From Octopus vulgaris (taxonomy: Eukaryota): 64,000 bases of DNA. Made by a program: the position numbers and the translations under genes. The stretch's first letter is position 1; every line of letters starts with the position of its first letter. The stretch lies in assembly GCA_951406725.2 (NCBI GenBank), contig OX597833.1:6386001-6450000 (forward strand), written 5' to 3'. The notes beneath the pieces were generated by a model. It was not told the DNA's origin. It searched no databases and worked only from the letters and a program-made list of their open reading frames with translations. Positions 40,308-49,931 of this stretch are shown in pieces.

Positions 40308-43300
40308 AATAAGCAACAAGGATATCCAAGGTAGAGTAGTACAATTGTTTCATGCTACTTCATTTTATTAATCACTGTAAGTATTACATCAGTTTTAAGA
40401 TGTCAAGAAATATACATACATACATACACACATGCCTACATATGTGTGTATAAAATACCATAGTGTGTGGACTGAACTCCCTCTTTATAGGCTGTTTGGT
40501 ATGTATAATCCTTGTTAGGTAATGGCTTTTAATTTGGATGGTTAAAGTTGTGATGTCACCTTGGTGTAGTCATTAGTATGACTCTTTGGTTTACTGCAGA
40601 TACAAGGATTGATTTTTGTAGGAAATGTTACTTTTTACCATCTTTCTATGTGATGCGTCCTGTTGAATGGTAGTAATATGGAAGAGGGTGCTGAATTTGG
40701 GAGAATGTGCAGAAACTTGTGGGTTGGGGAGGAAGCAGTCACATGGCTGGATGTGTAATGCCTACATTTATGAGCAATGGAACTGAGAGAAAGCAGGCTG
40801 TTTAGAGGTATCAGCTAGTGTGTGCCAGAGCAGAGATTGCAAAGTGATGGGATGAGTTTGAAGAATGGTAGATGGATGAAAATTTGTCAAATGATGCAGA
40901 TGGTTCGAAGTAGCCAGAGGAAGAACAGAGAATAGGTGGCTAGATGCTGGGCTTCATAAAGGAGATGATGAAGGACTGTGATGAGGTGGAAAATGATGTT
41001 GGAAATGGACCAACCCAAATCATGTCAGCTCTGAAAAGCTGCCAATGATCATATATTTATTTAGATCTATCTTTACTGCAAATCCTTTTGTCAGTGTAGG
41101 ACCCCTATCACAAGTATTCCTGTTAATCCATTAATAACCCTCGTTATATATATAATTACTCTTCCTCTAAACTTTGTCAATATGTCTGTTGGCTATAATG
41201 AAATGGTTACTTTTAAGTAATACATAGTAGCACTTTCCATAGTTTTCTTCCCTGTATCTGAGGACTTGGACAATGTTAAGCTTGTCACAGGACATCTTGT
41301 TTGTCTTTAGTATATTTTGTTAAAATGCATGTCACCCTGGCTGACACCAGCTACATTTAATGTCTTTTGCTAGTAACTTGAAGAACTGCACAGGTTCCCC
41401 GATGCCAATATCTTTGATGCTGTTTTCAACCTTTCCGTTGTTCACGTTGATATAAATTGTATTTGTTTCTTTTGTGTAGGCTATTGACAAAGAACTTGAA
41501 AGATTAAAATCTCTTGCGAAGACTGTCCATGATGATGTTTTACCCCGTCAGGACCCACGCCTTGACCATATTCTGGTCTACCTCTTCGATAACAATGCAA
41601 ATTATAATGTGATAAAACGAGTGTTATTGGAACAGTTTTCTAATCTTTCAATCTTGGATCGAGATCCTCGGTGAGTCTTGGTTTTTGGCAGATTTATCTA
41701 TGTTGTGTAGCGTTTGGAGCAATGGTACATTGTTTTAGAGCAGAGTTGAATTTGGTGCTGGGATGTGTGTCACTGATTACAGCTATGGTTCAAAGAACAA
41801 AACAAAACAAAAAAAACAGTATTTGTGGGTTGATAGTGTTTAGAAAGTATAATTGTATTTTTCTTTTGAAATATTCAGGAATTCTTCTCAAATAAGGGAG
41901 ATTTGGTAGAATTGTTAGAACATCATCATCATTGTTAGATCATCGTTTAATGTCTGTTTTCCATGCTAGCGTGGGTTGGACGGTTCGACTGGGGTCTGGG
42001 ATGCCAGGAGACTGCACCAGGCTTCAGTCCTATCTGGCAGTGTTTCTACAGCTGAATGCCCTTCCTAATGCCAACCACTCCGAGAGTGAAGTAGGTGCGT
42101 TTTACGTGCCACCAGCACAGGGATCACAACTATAATTTCCATTTGATTTTGATGTACCTGACTCAATAGGTCTCCTCAAGCATGGCAGGTCACCCTATGA
42201 TCCAAGGTACTTTTATAGACAAAATACTTTTCGGGTGTTTAGTTCCTGTGTTTTATGTTGTGTGTTCAGATCTTGATTATTTTATTGACCCCAGAAATGA
42301 TAATTTGAACACTGTAGATTGATTTAATCACTTAATGTTAGTGTTTCCCCTGTTTATTCAAGGAAGAGGCTCAGGCTGAGAGTCTCTTAGTGACAGATGG
42401 ATGAGGGTGTTGACCCCAGTGATCCTATTGTTCTTTCGAGAAATAAACACCCACATCAAGTATAAGCTGTGAAATGGTCGAAACAGTGCCATGTCACTCT
42501 TGTAATTAATGTGCTGTCTCTGCCATTGTGTCCAACAGGTGACAGTCCTGACACAAGAAACAGATAAACATAAATTTTGTTTCTCTTGAAATACCAAACA
42601 CTTTTTCAAAATTTGGAAAAAGCATTTAAAATATAAATCTTGTAGCTGCTTTAAATATCTTAATTCTAAGAAAAAAAATGATGAATCCCTCTAAACACCC
42701 AGCAATCTGTTTTTGCTGCCCTTTTCTGAGCTCAAAATACCTATAAGGGGTTGCTACTGCTCAGGTGAAGAGCTACTGTAACAGAGGACAGAAGTATTGC
42801 CAATGGAAACTTTTTTAGCGGAAAAACTTAAGGCAGGTTGATGATGTACGAGTTATATATTTGTGTGTATCTGTGCACACACTTATATATAAGCACACAG
42901 CTACCAATATACATGTCTATACGCACACAGACACTTATCATCGTTTAACATCTACTCCCCTTGCTGGCATGAGTTGGACAGTTTGGAGCTGGCTAGCAAG
43001 GAGTTGTCCACACTCCAACAGTCTGTTGTGGCATGGTCCCTATGGCTGGGTGCCCTTCCTAACGCTAATAGATGTATCTCCTCACACAGAGCACCAATAT
43101 AAAAGTATTTATGCATACAGATGCCAGCAGTATTTGCGTACACACACACACATACACCAATGTTTATTTGTTGTTGCTAATTGTTTCTGTTTATTTGTCA
43201 GAGCCAAGAAAATCCGACAAGAAGCATTCAAATGTGAAGAAGAAATTCAACAACAAAGTGGCAAACATGGGAGCAGAGAATATATGGTAAATTGAATGTT

Positions 43301-46300
43301 GATTTGTTGATTGATTGACTGATTATTAATTAGGGAAGAAGAAACTAGAGTGACTGTGTTATTGGGTGCTAGTTCTTATATTGAACACACATCCAGTCAG
43401 TTCGGTTATGGAGGATGTGGATGATATATAGAAGAGAAACTCTATTGGGACATAAATACTTATTTTTAGGGGATTAGCAAATTATTGAATTAAATAAATC
43501 CCCAGTATATGACTGCTATCTATTTTCTCACTGAATGAGAAAACAGACCTCCGTCCATGCCTAAAACTAAAAAAAAGCAAAAGAACAGATCATCTTGCGC
43601 AGTGGTTTGAGCTGGCAGAAACGTTAAACATGCCGGGCGAAATGCTTAGCAGTAATTTGTCTGCCACTACGTTCTGAGTTCAAATTCTGCCAAGGTCGAC
43701 TTTGCCTTTCATCCTTTCGCGGTCGATAAATTAAGTACCAGTTACGCTCTGGGGTCGATATAATCGATTTAATCCGTTTGTCTGTCCTTGTTTGTCTTCT
43801 GTGTTTAGCCCCTTGTGGGTAGTAAAGAAATAGGTTTATTATATTTTCTTATGATATTCCATCCAATACCCTCTCTCTCTTTTTTTTTTAATTTTTTTTA
43901 GTTATTTGCATAGAGTAGTACCCCCTCCCCCCATGTCAAATTTTTAGGAAAATTTCAAGAGAATAGGACACGACTTACATAACGGAGTTGTATGAACCTC
44001 GACACATTATTATTACTAGTTACCATACATTAATCCTGACAAATTAGTTTTTGTAAACGTGTATAAAATGTCTTAATAAGTCTAAATATTTTATTCCTAA
44101 GAAATATCACATGACTACCAAACGTCCAGTGATCACCGTAGACTTGGCCACGTCCAGAAGCAGCTGCTACTGCTCAGATTAAGGATTATGTAATTTAGAT
44201 TAATGACCAGCTGTCTTCAGTTACTTGAGCATTATCTTCTGGATTAGACTATCAGCTTTCTGTTAAACCTTGATTATCCCCCCTTCAGTTATTGTCTGCG
44301 TTTTTACCATCTTCACACAGAACGTGGAATGACTGGTGTTATAAGATTCCTTAAAATATTACCAATCAAAGGCACAATGTTTTTGTATCTCACCTTCTGT
44401 AATTAGTATTGGTGTCTTTTTTCTTTTATTTGTATCAGTCATTAAGCTGTGGCCGTGCTGGGGCACTGCCTTGAAGAATTTTTAGTTGACTGAATTGACT
44501 CCAGGACTTATTTCTTTGTAAAGCCTGGTACTTATTCTATCGGTCTTTCGTTGTGACAAATGGCTAAGTTACGGGGATGTAAACACACCAACACTGGTTG
44601 TCAAGCAGTGGTGGGAGACAAACACAAACACAATCACACGTGTGTGTGTGCTCATGCACACACACACACACACACACATGTACGATGGGCTTCTTTCAGT
44701 TTCTGTCTACCAGATATCCTCACAAGGCTTTTTGTTGGTACCAGGCTATAGAAGACACTTGCCCAAGGTGCCATGCAGTGGGACTGAACCTGGAACGATG
44801 TGACCAACAATAGTGAGGTTATGTCTTGTCTATGCAAAAGTGTTCTCGCAACTCCACACTTAAAACTGTGTATTGAGTACATTGTATTGTGACACTTGCA
44901 CTAGAGAGGAGACGGGTGAGAGAGGGTTATTGACTGATAACTAAGTAGAGTTGGAGATATTCTCTTTCTTCTCGCCATTGTTAGACATTCTTAAAGAAGG
45001 TATTCTCTGTGTTTATCAAGGTTTCTGTTCTGTTTTACAGGTATGGCATCAACGCTATCATCAATTCCGCTGTGTTGTACATAACTTCATCAAAGGTGTC
45101 AAATTGTATCACGAAAACACGTAAGTTATTCTCTCCTCATTTATTTCTGTTTCACTTCTCCGTACTCTTAAAACTGCTGGCTTGATATCGAAATTTAAAA
45201 GAATTGCCATTTTCATTATTGTCGTCATCATCATTATTATTATTATTATCATTATTGTCTTCTTTCAGTTTTCAGTCAGCGTTAAACTTCCTACGAAATG
45301 CTTACCTTCTAAATAGACATTTGCATAAGTTGTCACCTGATGGAGTAAAAGGCTTGAATGATGATCTGTTGAAGTGTTACAGGAGAAAATGCTTATTGGT
45401 AAGTGTCTCTTTCTGTTGTTGTTGTTGTTGGAGTTCTGGTTTACAGATCTGTATTTTGTGTCTTTTGCAAAGTCTTTTAAAAATACTTTGCCGTCTCTAC
45501 TTTAGCCCTTTTTGTACAGGCTGCGTAGCCCCTGTTGTCAGCAAGTATGACTTGCTAGGAATTACCACGCTTCTGCTGATTGTTTTAGGTGCCCCTCTCA
45601 TTCTGGTCAGACAGGGACAACCACACGACCCTCACTAAGTGTAGCAGTTTCTCAACTATTTTCCGCCTGTGGACCCCTTTGATTCTTATTTTACTTGGGT
45701 GGACCCTCTACACCAATCAGGGTTTAAAAAAAAAATCCCATTATATTTTTATGATGAAATATTATATAGGAGTGGTTGTGTGGTAAGAAGCTTGCTTCCC
45801 AACCACATGGTTCTGGGTTCAGTCCCACTGTGTGGCACCTTGTGCAAGTGTCTTCTACTATAACCTTGGGCTGACCAAAGCCTTGTGAGTGGATTTGGTA
45901 GAAGGAAACTGAGAGACGCATGTCGTGTGTGTGTGTGTTTGTCCCTCTCTCCACCATCACTTGACAACAGTTGTTGGTGTGTTTATGTCCTTGTAACTTA
46001 GCAGTTAGGCATAAGAGACTGATACAATAAGTACCAAGTTTATAAAGATTAAGTCTGAGGTCGATTTGTTTGACTAAAAGGCTGTGCTCCAGTATGGCCA
46101 CAGTCAACTGGCTGAAACAAAAGAAAATAAAAGAATATTATTGCAAACTGTATAAAGAAAATTATTGTTTTGTAGAAGCATAACCAGTTTATTGCAGATA
46201 GACTTTAGCAACAAGGTCTTATATGGATCCTCCAAGGGTCATGTTGACCTCAGTTGAGAAGCACTCAACAGAATATTAAGGATGTGACACTTTGAGGGCA

Positions 46301-48830
46301 AGAGAGAGAGAGAGAGAGCTGCACCAGCTCTCAGCTTGTATTCAGTTTAAGTAGACTGGAGTAAAATGAAGTGCTTTGATCAAAGACACAATGTGCAGTC
46401 TGTCTAGGAATGGAGCCAATGACCTTATGATCGTGAGACCAACACCCTGACCACTTGGCTGCTTCACTTGTTACAAAGAGCTGTGATTTAACAGAAATTT
46501 ATCAGAATAGTCTGGGTTATTTCCCCTTACATTAACATCACTTCCAACAGACTTACAGTTGAGCATCCTTCTGTTTATTTTATGGCATGTTTTAGTACGT
46601 TTCTGAATTTGGCATTCTTCATAAAATACTTCTCCCTCCAGGTTTAATTTATTGAGATGCTGTGGGAGTTTCTACCTTCATTACACCACGTTAGTGTTTC
46701 AGTAATCTAATACATGAATTTATTTTTCCACGTAAAAAGTACCATCCGTCCTTGGCCGTTTGCCAGCCTCGTCTGGCACCTGTGCGTGTGGCACGTAAAA
46801 AGCACCCACTACACTCACGGAGTGGTTGGCGTTAGGAAGGGCATCCAGCCGTAGAAACACTGCCAAATCTGACTGGGCCTGATGAAGCCTTCTGGCTTCA
46901 CAGACCCCAGTTGAACCGTCCAACCCATGCTAGCATGGAAAACGGACGCTAAATGATGATGATGATGATGATGATGTTATCCTGGGGTGGACAAGGACTT
47001 CCTGGTTCTTTTTCACAAACTGTTTCATGTGATGATGCAGAATGTAGCCATGCACACTATCTGGTTGCATGTAGATACGCGTGTGTGTGTACATGTGAAG
47101 GTGTGTGGCCTAGTGTGTTGCACTCAATCACAAGGTCGTGATTTCGATTCTCAGATCAGCTGTAAGCTGTGTTCTTGAGCAAGACACTTCATTTCACGTG
47201 TGCTCCTGTCCACTCAGCTGTAAGTGGGTGACTCTGCAACAGACTTGTCTTCTGATCAGGGGTGAGTGTTGGCCTGCCCTCCTAGCCAGCAGGGTGGGTC
47301 ATCATTTGAAAGCTAAAACAATGCAAGGCACTTTCTGACCAGAGGTGTATAACAACATCTGATAATTTAATCGATCACACGACATCAATGTCTATGAACA
47401 GGTGCCTATCCAGTCTGTCCACCAATTCCACTAGGAAGGCATTGGCTATAGAAGACACTGGCAACCTTCTCATTCACTGAAACGGAACTCAAAGCCTATT
47501 ACAAAGTGAATTTGCATCCTCACACCCATTTCTGCCTCTTGTGTAATTCAATGATTTTTTATAATTTAGCACATCACAATTCTGACCTACATCTTATAAA
47601 ATAATAATTTTAACCCTTTAGCATTTAAACCACCCATATCTGGTCCAAATATTGTTTTATGTGAAAACTACTGAGACCCAGCCTCTCATGCTAACCTTAC
47701 AATTTCATTCTAGAAACAAGCAATTGCTTAAATGAAGTCTTTGAGTGCCACACAAAATGCTGCCAGTACACCCTGTGAAGTTGTAGGCGTTAGGAAGGGC
47801 ATCCAACTGTGGAAGCCATGCCAAAACACAGACAGTTGGAGCCTGGTGCAGCTCTCCAACCATGCCAGCCCCTGTCAAACTGTCCAACCCATGCCAGCAT
47901 GGAAAATAGACGTGTAATGATGGTGATGCATTTGAGTGAGTAATCTGGATACTTAATTGAAATGAATTGTTTTTGTTGTCTTTTTGTAGAATTTGAATCT
48001 GGAGACGGCCAAGAAATTTGAAGAAGAGAAAGACGTCACGGAAACTCTGAAACTGATGCACCATGACATCCTGTCCAGTATTTCAGAGTTTTCCGACAGT
48101 GAGGACGCTGACGATGCCAAAGCAATAGATTCCATTCGAAACCAGTGGTGCACAGTGGTGGGCAAGGATTTTGATAGTAAGCTCCCGTTTCTCTCTCTAA
48201 TGACTGTGTGAACAAAGCCAACAGTTTCTCCTCTGAGAAACCAGATAACTTTGTCTTGTATGAATTTCAGTTATACCCCACATGTATCGAGAGGGTTACA
48301 GTTGCCTTTGACCCAACACTTTTTCTTTTTCTGTTGTGTTTTTACACTGATGAGTTGGGGCAGAGCTTCTCAGAGTGGTTGGTCCTGCTTTGTGAATGGT
48401 AGCAGTGGTAGTGAGAATTCTCATGTGCACTAGGGACATGGTGGGTCCCTAGTAGGGGGAGTGATAGCTATATATCTGTACAGTAGATTTAGGCCTTGTT
48501 TTCTGCTTAACTAATAAGTTTGAGAAAAAAAAGATTTCAAATGTAATTTGATAAATTACTTCTTAGCCACAATTATCTCTACAACAACAATTGATTGTGG
48601 CTATGTGTACAAGTAAATAAACAAAACCTAATTATGTGCCACATCGACATGTTAATTATAAATGAGCTTGCATTTATCCATTTCTGACAAGTTGTGGTGC
48701 ACCTGAGCACTGTATACAATAATTTCATTATATATATATTATAAATATTGGGCAAGTGTCGTCTACTGTAGCCTGAGAATGACCAAAGTATTGTAAGTGG
48801 ACTTGGCAGACGGAGACTGAAAGAAGCCCA

Positions 48831-48870
<40 letters not shown>

Positions 48871-49498
48871 GTTTGTCCCCCACCTCACCATCGCCTGACA
48901 ACCTATGTTAGACTAAATATTCTCCAAGGCGGTGCCCCTGTGTGGCCTGAAATAAGTGAAAAAAATATAAAAGGAAAGATACATTGGTATCTACAACTTT
49001 TTTCTATGGCTAAGGGTAATAAAATTCCGAGTGGAAATATCTTATTTCTGCTGTAAAATGTTGAAAAGAGGCATTTGTTTTTTGCTTCTTTTTTTTTTAG
49101 AGCAAACACACACTGACAAACTCTACACTCACATGCACACACAAGAATGCTCACGCACACACATGCTCATGCTCACACATATACCTACATGCATATAAGG
49201 TGGCGAGCTGGCAGGACCGTTAGCACGCCGGGCGAAATGCGTAGCGGTATTTTGTCTGCCGTTACATTCTGAGTTCAAATTCCGCCAAGGTCGACTTTGC
49301 CTTTCATCCTTTCAGGGTCGATTAAATAAGTACCAGTTACGCACTGGGGTCGATGTAATCGACTAAATCCATTTGTCTGTCCTTGTTTGTCCCCTCTGTT
49401 TAGCCCCTTGTGGGTAGTAAAGAAACATATCCCTATGCACATATACGCATGCACATTCATTCACTCACACACATATACACACCACTCACTTTTGTGTA

Positions 49499-49529
<31 letters not shown>

Positions 49530-49931
49530 TTTCCCTTTTTTTTCATTTCAGGCTACAAAAGTGAAAAACTGCAGGATTTCTTCTCCAAACTGTTTGAACC
49601 ATCAGCGGCCCAAAGATCTGCCTCTGACCTCGGTTCCACTCCACCATCGGAACTGCAGAATCTGGCCAGCAGCTACCAGCATGTCATCAGCCTCTGTGAA
49701 AAGCATGGATTTCTTCGTAACTTATCGGACAACGACGGAAGCAGGAGCAAAATCTTTGATGACGAATACAATGTTGATGACAACGATGACCACCACAACA
49801 GTGGCATTGGTATAGGTGGGGGTGGTGGTGGTGGTATTGGTGGTAGTGATGATGACGATGATGTTGGACTTGCTGTGGATGAGGACGACGTGCAGGACGA
49901 GGGAATTGAAACCATATCTTCAGAGACCTGA
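15016..49931 (+). CDS. USP25: Ubiquitin carboxyl-terminal hydrolase 25/28-like gene, 23 coding exons, 5' start exon not found in window (~1160 aa)
   Basis: Exons join in frame through GT-AG introns. Motifs: UBA-like [20 protein letters not shown], UIMs [11 protein letters not shown] and [15 protein letters not shown], Cys box [25 protein letters not shown], His box [31 protein letters not shown]. Stop TGA at 49929-49931. Matches the USP25/USP28 architecture as I know it. Confidence 0.95.
15991..16066 (+). CDS. USP25: USP25/28 exon 2 ([10 protein letters not shown]...KENQK)
   Basis: tttttgctgccag acceptor, AG|gtgaac donor; its 0/1 phase exactly bridges the neighbouring exons. Confidence 0.75.
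16249..16480 (+). mobile_element. SINE family C
   Basis: Head aaggcagcaagctggcagaatcgttagc, B-box gagttcgaatt; degenerate TSD atatattt.aca.tgttaa. Confidence 0.88.
16903..17089 (+). repeat. ~190-bp segment duplicated at ~19867-20056
   Basis: (A)n-cgttcagcagagtactag...cagtatctacaaa.taggacagcta present in introns 2 and 4. Confidence 0.9.
17565..17965 (+). mobile_element. SINE-like family A, long copy
   Basis: Same 5' start (tgggacgtagtcagtccac) as 2361, plus core and tail. Confidence 0.85.
18102..18297 (+). CDS. USP25: USP25/28 exon 3 (SIM VIDLT, polyQ17, UIM1, start of UIM2)
   Basis: tttctag acceptor, CG|gtaaaa donor, phase 1/2; VIDLTNDK-Q17[23 protein letters not shown]...EEQDISR. Confidence 0.9.
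19026..19191 (+). CDS. USP25: USP25/28 exon 4 (UIM2, basic KRKR, catalytic Cys box)
   Basis: [17 protein letters not shown]...[18 protein letters not shown]; ctcag acceptor, CAG|gtaaga donor. Confidence 0.95.
19321..19546 (+). mobile_element. SINE family C with TSD
   Basis: Flanked by aaata(c/t)attattttcta on both sides. Confidence 0.9.
19867..20056 (+). repeat. Second copy of the ~190-bp intronic segment
   Basis: Direct repeat of 16903-17089 with small indels. Confidence 0.9.
20543..20629 (+). CDS. USP25: USP25/28 exon 5 ([17 protein letters not shown]...)
   Basis: cttttccag acceptor, gtaagt donor, 87 nt, phase 0/0. Confidence 0.9.
21102..21239. repeat. Small MITE-like inverted repeat next to (TA)n
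   Basis: ataggcaaggacaaattataaaaaggca ... tgccttttttataatttttccttgcctat. Confidence 0.75.
21360..21590. repeat. Tandem duplication of a ~120-bp unit containing (TA)n; related copy at ~22856-22960
   Basis: ttgaaatcatatggttaataccatactaaattctggtgcctcaacttaagtaccatattcatctgaa(ta)n aataatacatttctaaatctc occurs twice. Confidence 0.9.
21855..22567. repeat. Long inverted repeat (fold-back) in USP25/28 intron 5
   Basis: Arms ~21855-22218 and ~22245-22567 are reverse complements with scattered mismatches and indels; flanked by (TA)n. Confidence 0.92.
23590..23739 (+). CDS. USP25: USP25/28 exon 6 ([39 protein letters not shown]...SQQ)
   Basis: ttacag acceptor, gtaagt donor, 150 nt; RKYVDPS motif. Confidence 0.93.
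24327..24427 (+). CDS. USP25: USP25/28 exon 7 ([17 protein letters not shown]...)
   Basis: ttttag acceptor, gtaagt donor, phase 0/2. Confidence 0.92.
25412..25847. mobile_element. piggyBac-type MITE (outer) carrying a nested second MITE
   Basis: TTAA-ccccttcgttac ... gtaatgaaaggg-TTAA. Confidence 0.7.
25510..25720. mobile_element. piggyBac-type MITE (inner, 211 bp)
   Basis: TTAA-ccctttagtgttca ... tgaatgctaaaggg-TTAA; same family at 36594 and 47614. Confidence 0.8.
26140..26213 (+). CDS. USP25: USP25/28 exon 8 ([15 protein letters not shown]...)
   Basis: cttgcag acceptor, AG|gtatgt donor, phase 2/1. Confidence 0.9.
26385..26812. repeat. Compound (GT)n/(AT)n microsatellite with a gtacatat(gt)n higher-order unit
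   Basis: Direct inspection. Confidence 0.95.
27118..27242 (+). CDS. USP25: USP25/28 exon 9 ([23 protein letters not shown]...KE)
   Basis: tttcag acceptor, gtaagt donor, phase 1/0; resembles QYPLQVNG..LHECLE of USP25. Confidence 0.85.
28442..28569 (+). CDS. USP25: USP25/28 exon 10 ([17 protein letters not shown]...[17 protein letters not shown])
   Basis: ttttccag acceptor, AG|gtaagc donor, phase 0/2. Confidence 0.93.
28675..29110. repeat. GC-rich 30-bp minisatellite (~14 units) in intron 10
   Basis: Unit ggatctgtgtcacgcccgccccgcgaggca; GATCTG recurs every 28-35 bp. Confidence 0.93.
30861..30956 (+). CDS. USP25: USP25/28 exon 11 (YMHINK...; start of UCID coiled coil)
   Basis: ttctag acceptor, gtgagt donor, phase 2/2. 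Confidence 0.9.
30966..31190. repeat. (CT)n/(CTTT)n polypyrimidine microsatellite directly after exon 11
   Basis: Direct inspection. Confidence 0.95.
31330..32025. mobile_element. Head-to-head pair of SINE family B copies (- ~31330-31580; + ~31672-32025)
   Basis: Homology to family B on opposite strands. Confidence 0.75.
32150..32314 (+). CDS. USP25: USP25/28 exon 12 ([27 protein letters not shown]...)
   Basis: poly-T-cag acceptor, gtaagt donor, phase 2/2. Confidence 0.93.
32508..32765 (-). mobile_element. SINE-like family A copy
   Basis: Reverse complement near-identical to 12400-12668. Confidence 0.85.
33492..33670 (+). CDS. USP25: USP25/28 exon 13 (...[32 protein letters not shown])
   Basis: NAGNAG acceptor (cagcag), AG|gtacgt donor, phase 2/1. 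Confidence 0.9.
33795..34226 (-). mobile_element. Non-autonomous Helitron
   Basis: On the minus strand it starts A|TCTCTCTCTATATA and ends CTAG|T; GC-rich subterminal hairpin cccggcgtcgcccggg at 33807-33822; no TSD; AAGTTTCATCAGAATCGGTT and GACA repeats typical of such elements. Confidence 0.8.
34423..34770 (+). mobile_element. SINE family D
   Basis: Homologous head and body to the 11733 and 57650 copies. Confidence 0.8.
35356..35426 (+). CDS. USP25: USP25/28 exon 14 ([23 protein letters not shown])
   Basis: tttctag acceptor, AAG|gtatgg donor, phase 1/0. Confidence 0.9.
35565..36133 (-). mobile_element. Nested/tandem SINE-like family A copies
   Basis: Two ggatgcccttcctaa cores and (CAT)n starts. 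Confidence 0.75.
36150..36590. repeat. Degenerate AT-rich tandem repeat (taattac motif)
   Basis: Recurrent gtaattac / ctaattaatgtgg. Confidence 0.6.
36594..36809. mobile_element. piggyBac-type MITE, opposite orientation to the 25510 copy
   Basis: Homologous body; ends gatgctaatggg-TTAA. Confidence 0.7.
36949..37177 (+). CDS. USP25: USP25/28 exon 15 (catalytic His box, WLKFND, AYCLIY)
   Basis: [24 protein letters not shown]...WLKFNDITV...[10 protein letters not shown]; ttttacag acceptor, CAG|gtgagt donor. Confidence 0.96.
38446..38643 (+). CDS. USP25: USP25/28 exon 16 ([24 protein letters not shown]...)
   Basis: cttcgcag acceptor; donor gtgagc at 38644, with an in-frame alternative gtaaaa at 38635; phase 1/1. 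Confidence 0.87.
39278..39504 (+). CDS. USP25: USP25/28 exon 17 (Q/P-rich linker, [13 protein letters not shown]...ALNE)
   Basis: ctgtcag acceptor, GAG|gtaatc donor, phase 1/0. Confidence 0.85.
40690..41050 (+). mobile_element. Highly decayed 3' fragment of an RTE-like LINE
   Basis: Degenerate WMCN...RGIS.CV.EQRL...RGR pattern and a tail ggaccaaccc resembling the family A 3' end; no intact frame. Confidence 0.4.
41480..41670 (+). CDS. USP25: USP25/28 exon 18 ([14 protein letters not shown]...[12 protein letters not shown]...RVLLEQF)
   Basis: tgtgtag acceptor, CG|gtgagt donor; DPRL..I.VY motif of the USP25/28 C-terminal domain. Confidence 0.92.
43202..43286 (+). CDS. USP25: USP25/28 exon 19 ([14 protein letters not shown]...REYM)
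   Basis: tttgtcag acceptor, ATG|gtaaat donor, phase 2/0. Confidence 0.87.
43608..43833 (+). mobile_element. SINE family C
   Basis: Homologous to the 19321 copy. Confidence 0.88.
44420..44810 (-). mobile_element. SINE family B
   Basis: Homologous to 8757-9191. Confidence 0.8.
45041..45120 (+). CDS. USP25: USP25/28 exon 20 ([26 protein letters not shown])
   Basis: ttttacag acceptor, gtaagt donor; WH..Y..FR motif; phase 0/2. Confidence 0.9.
45269..45398 (+). CDS. USP25: USP25/28 exon 21 ([12 protein letters not shown]...YRRKCLL)
   Basis: ctttcag acceptor, gtaagt donor; YRR.CLL motif; phase 2/0. Confidence 0.9.
45768..46135 (+). mobile_element. SINE family B
   Basis: Homologous to 10081-10478. 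Confidence 0.85.
47614..47725. mobile_element. Truncated piggyBac-type MITE
   Basis: TTAA-ccctttagcatttaaac, same family as 36594. Confidence 0.6.
47990..48176 (+). CDS. USP25: USP25/28 exon 22 ([11 protein letters not shown]...[13 protein letters not shown])
   Basis: tttgtag acceptor, gtaagc donor; RN.WC motif; phase 0/1. Confidence 0.9.
49197..49425 (+). mobile_element. SINE family C
   Basis: Homologous to the 19321 copy. Confidence 0.88.
49552..49931 (+). CDS. USP25: USP25/28 terminal coding exon ([12 protein letters not shown]...acidic/Gly tail, stop)
   Basis: tttcatttcag acceptor, phase 1; EKL.DF..KL motif; TGA at 49929-49931. Confidence 0.9.
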
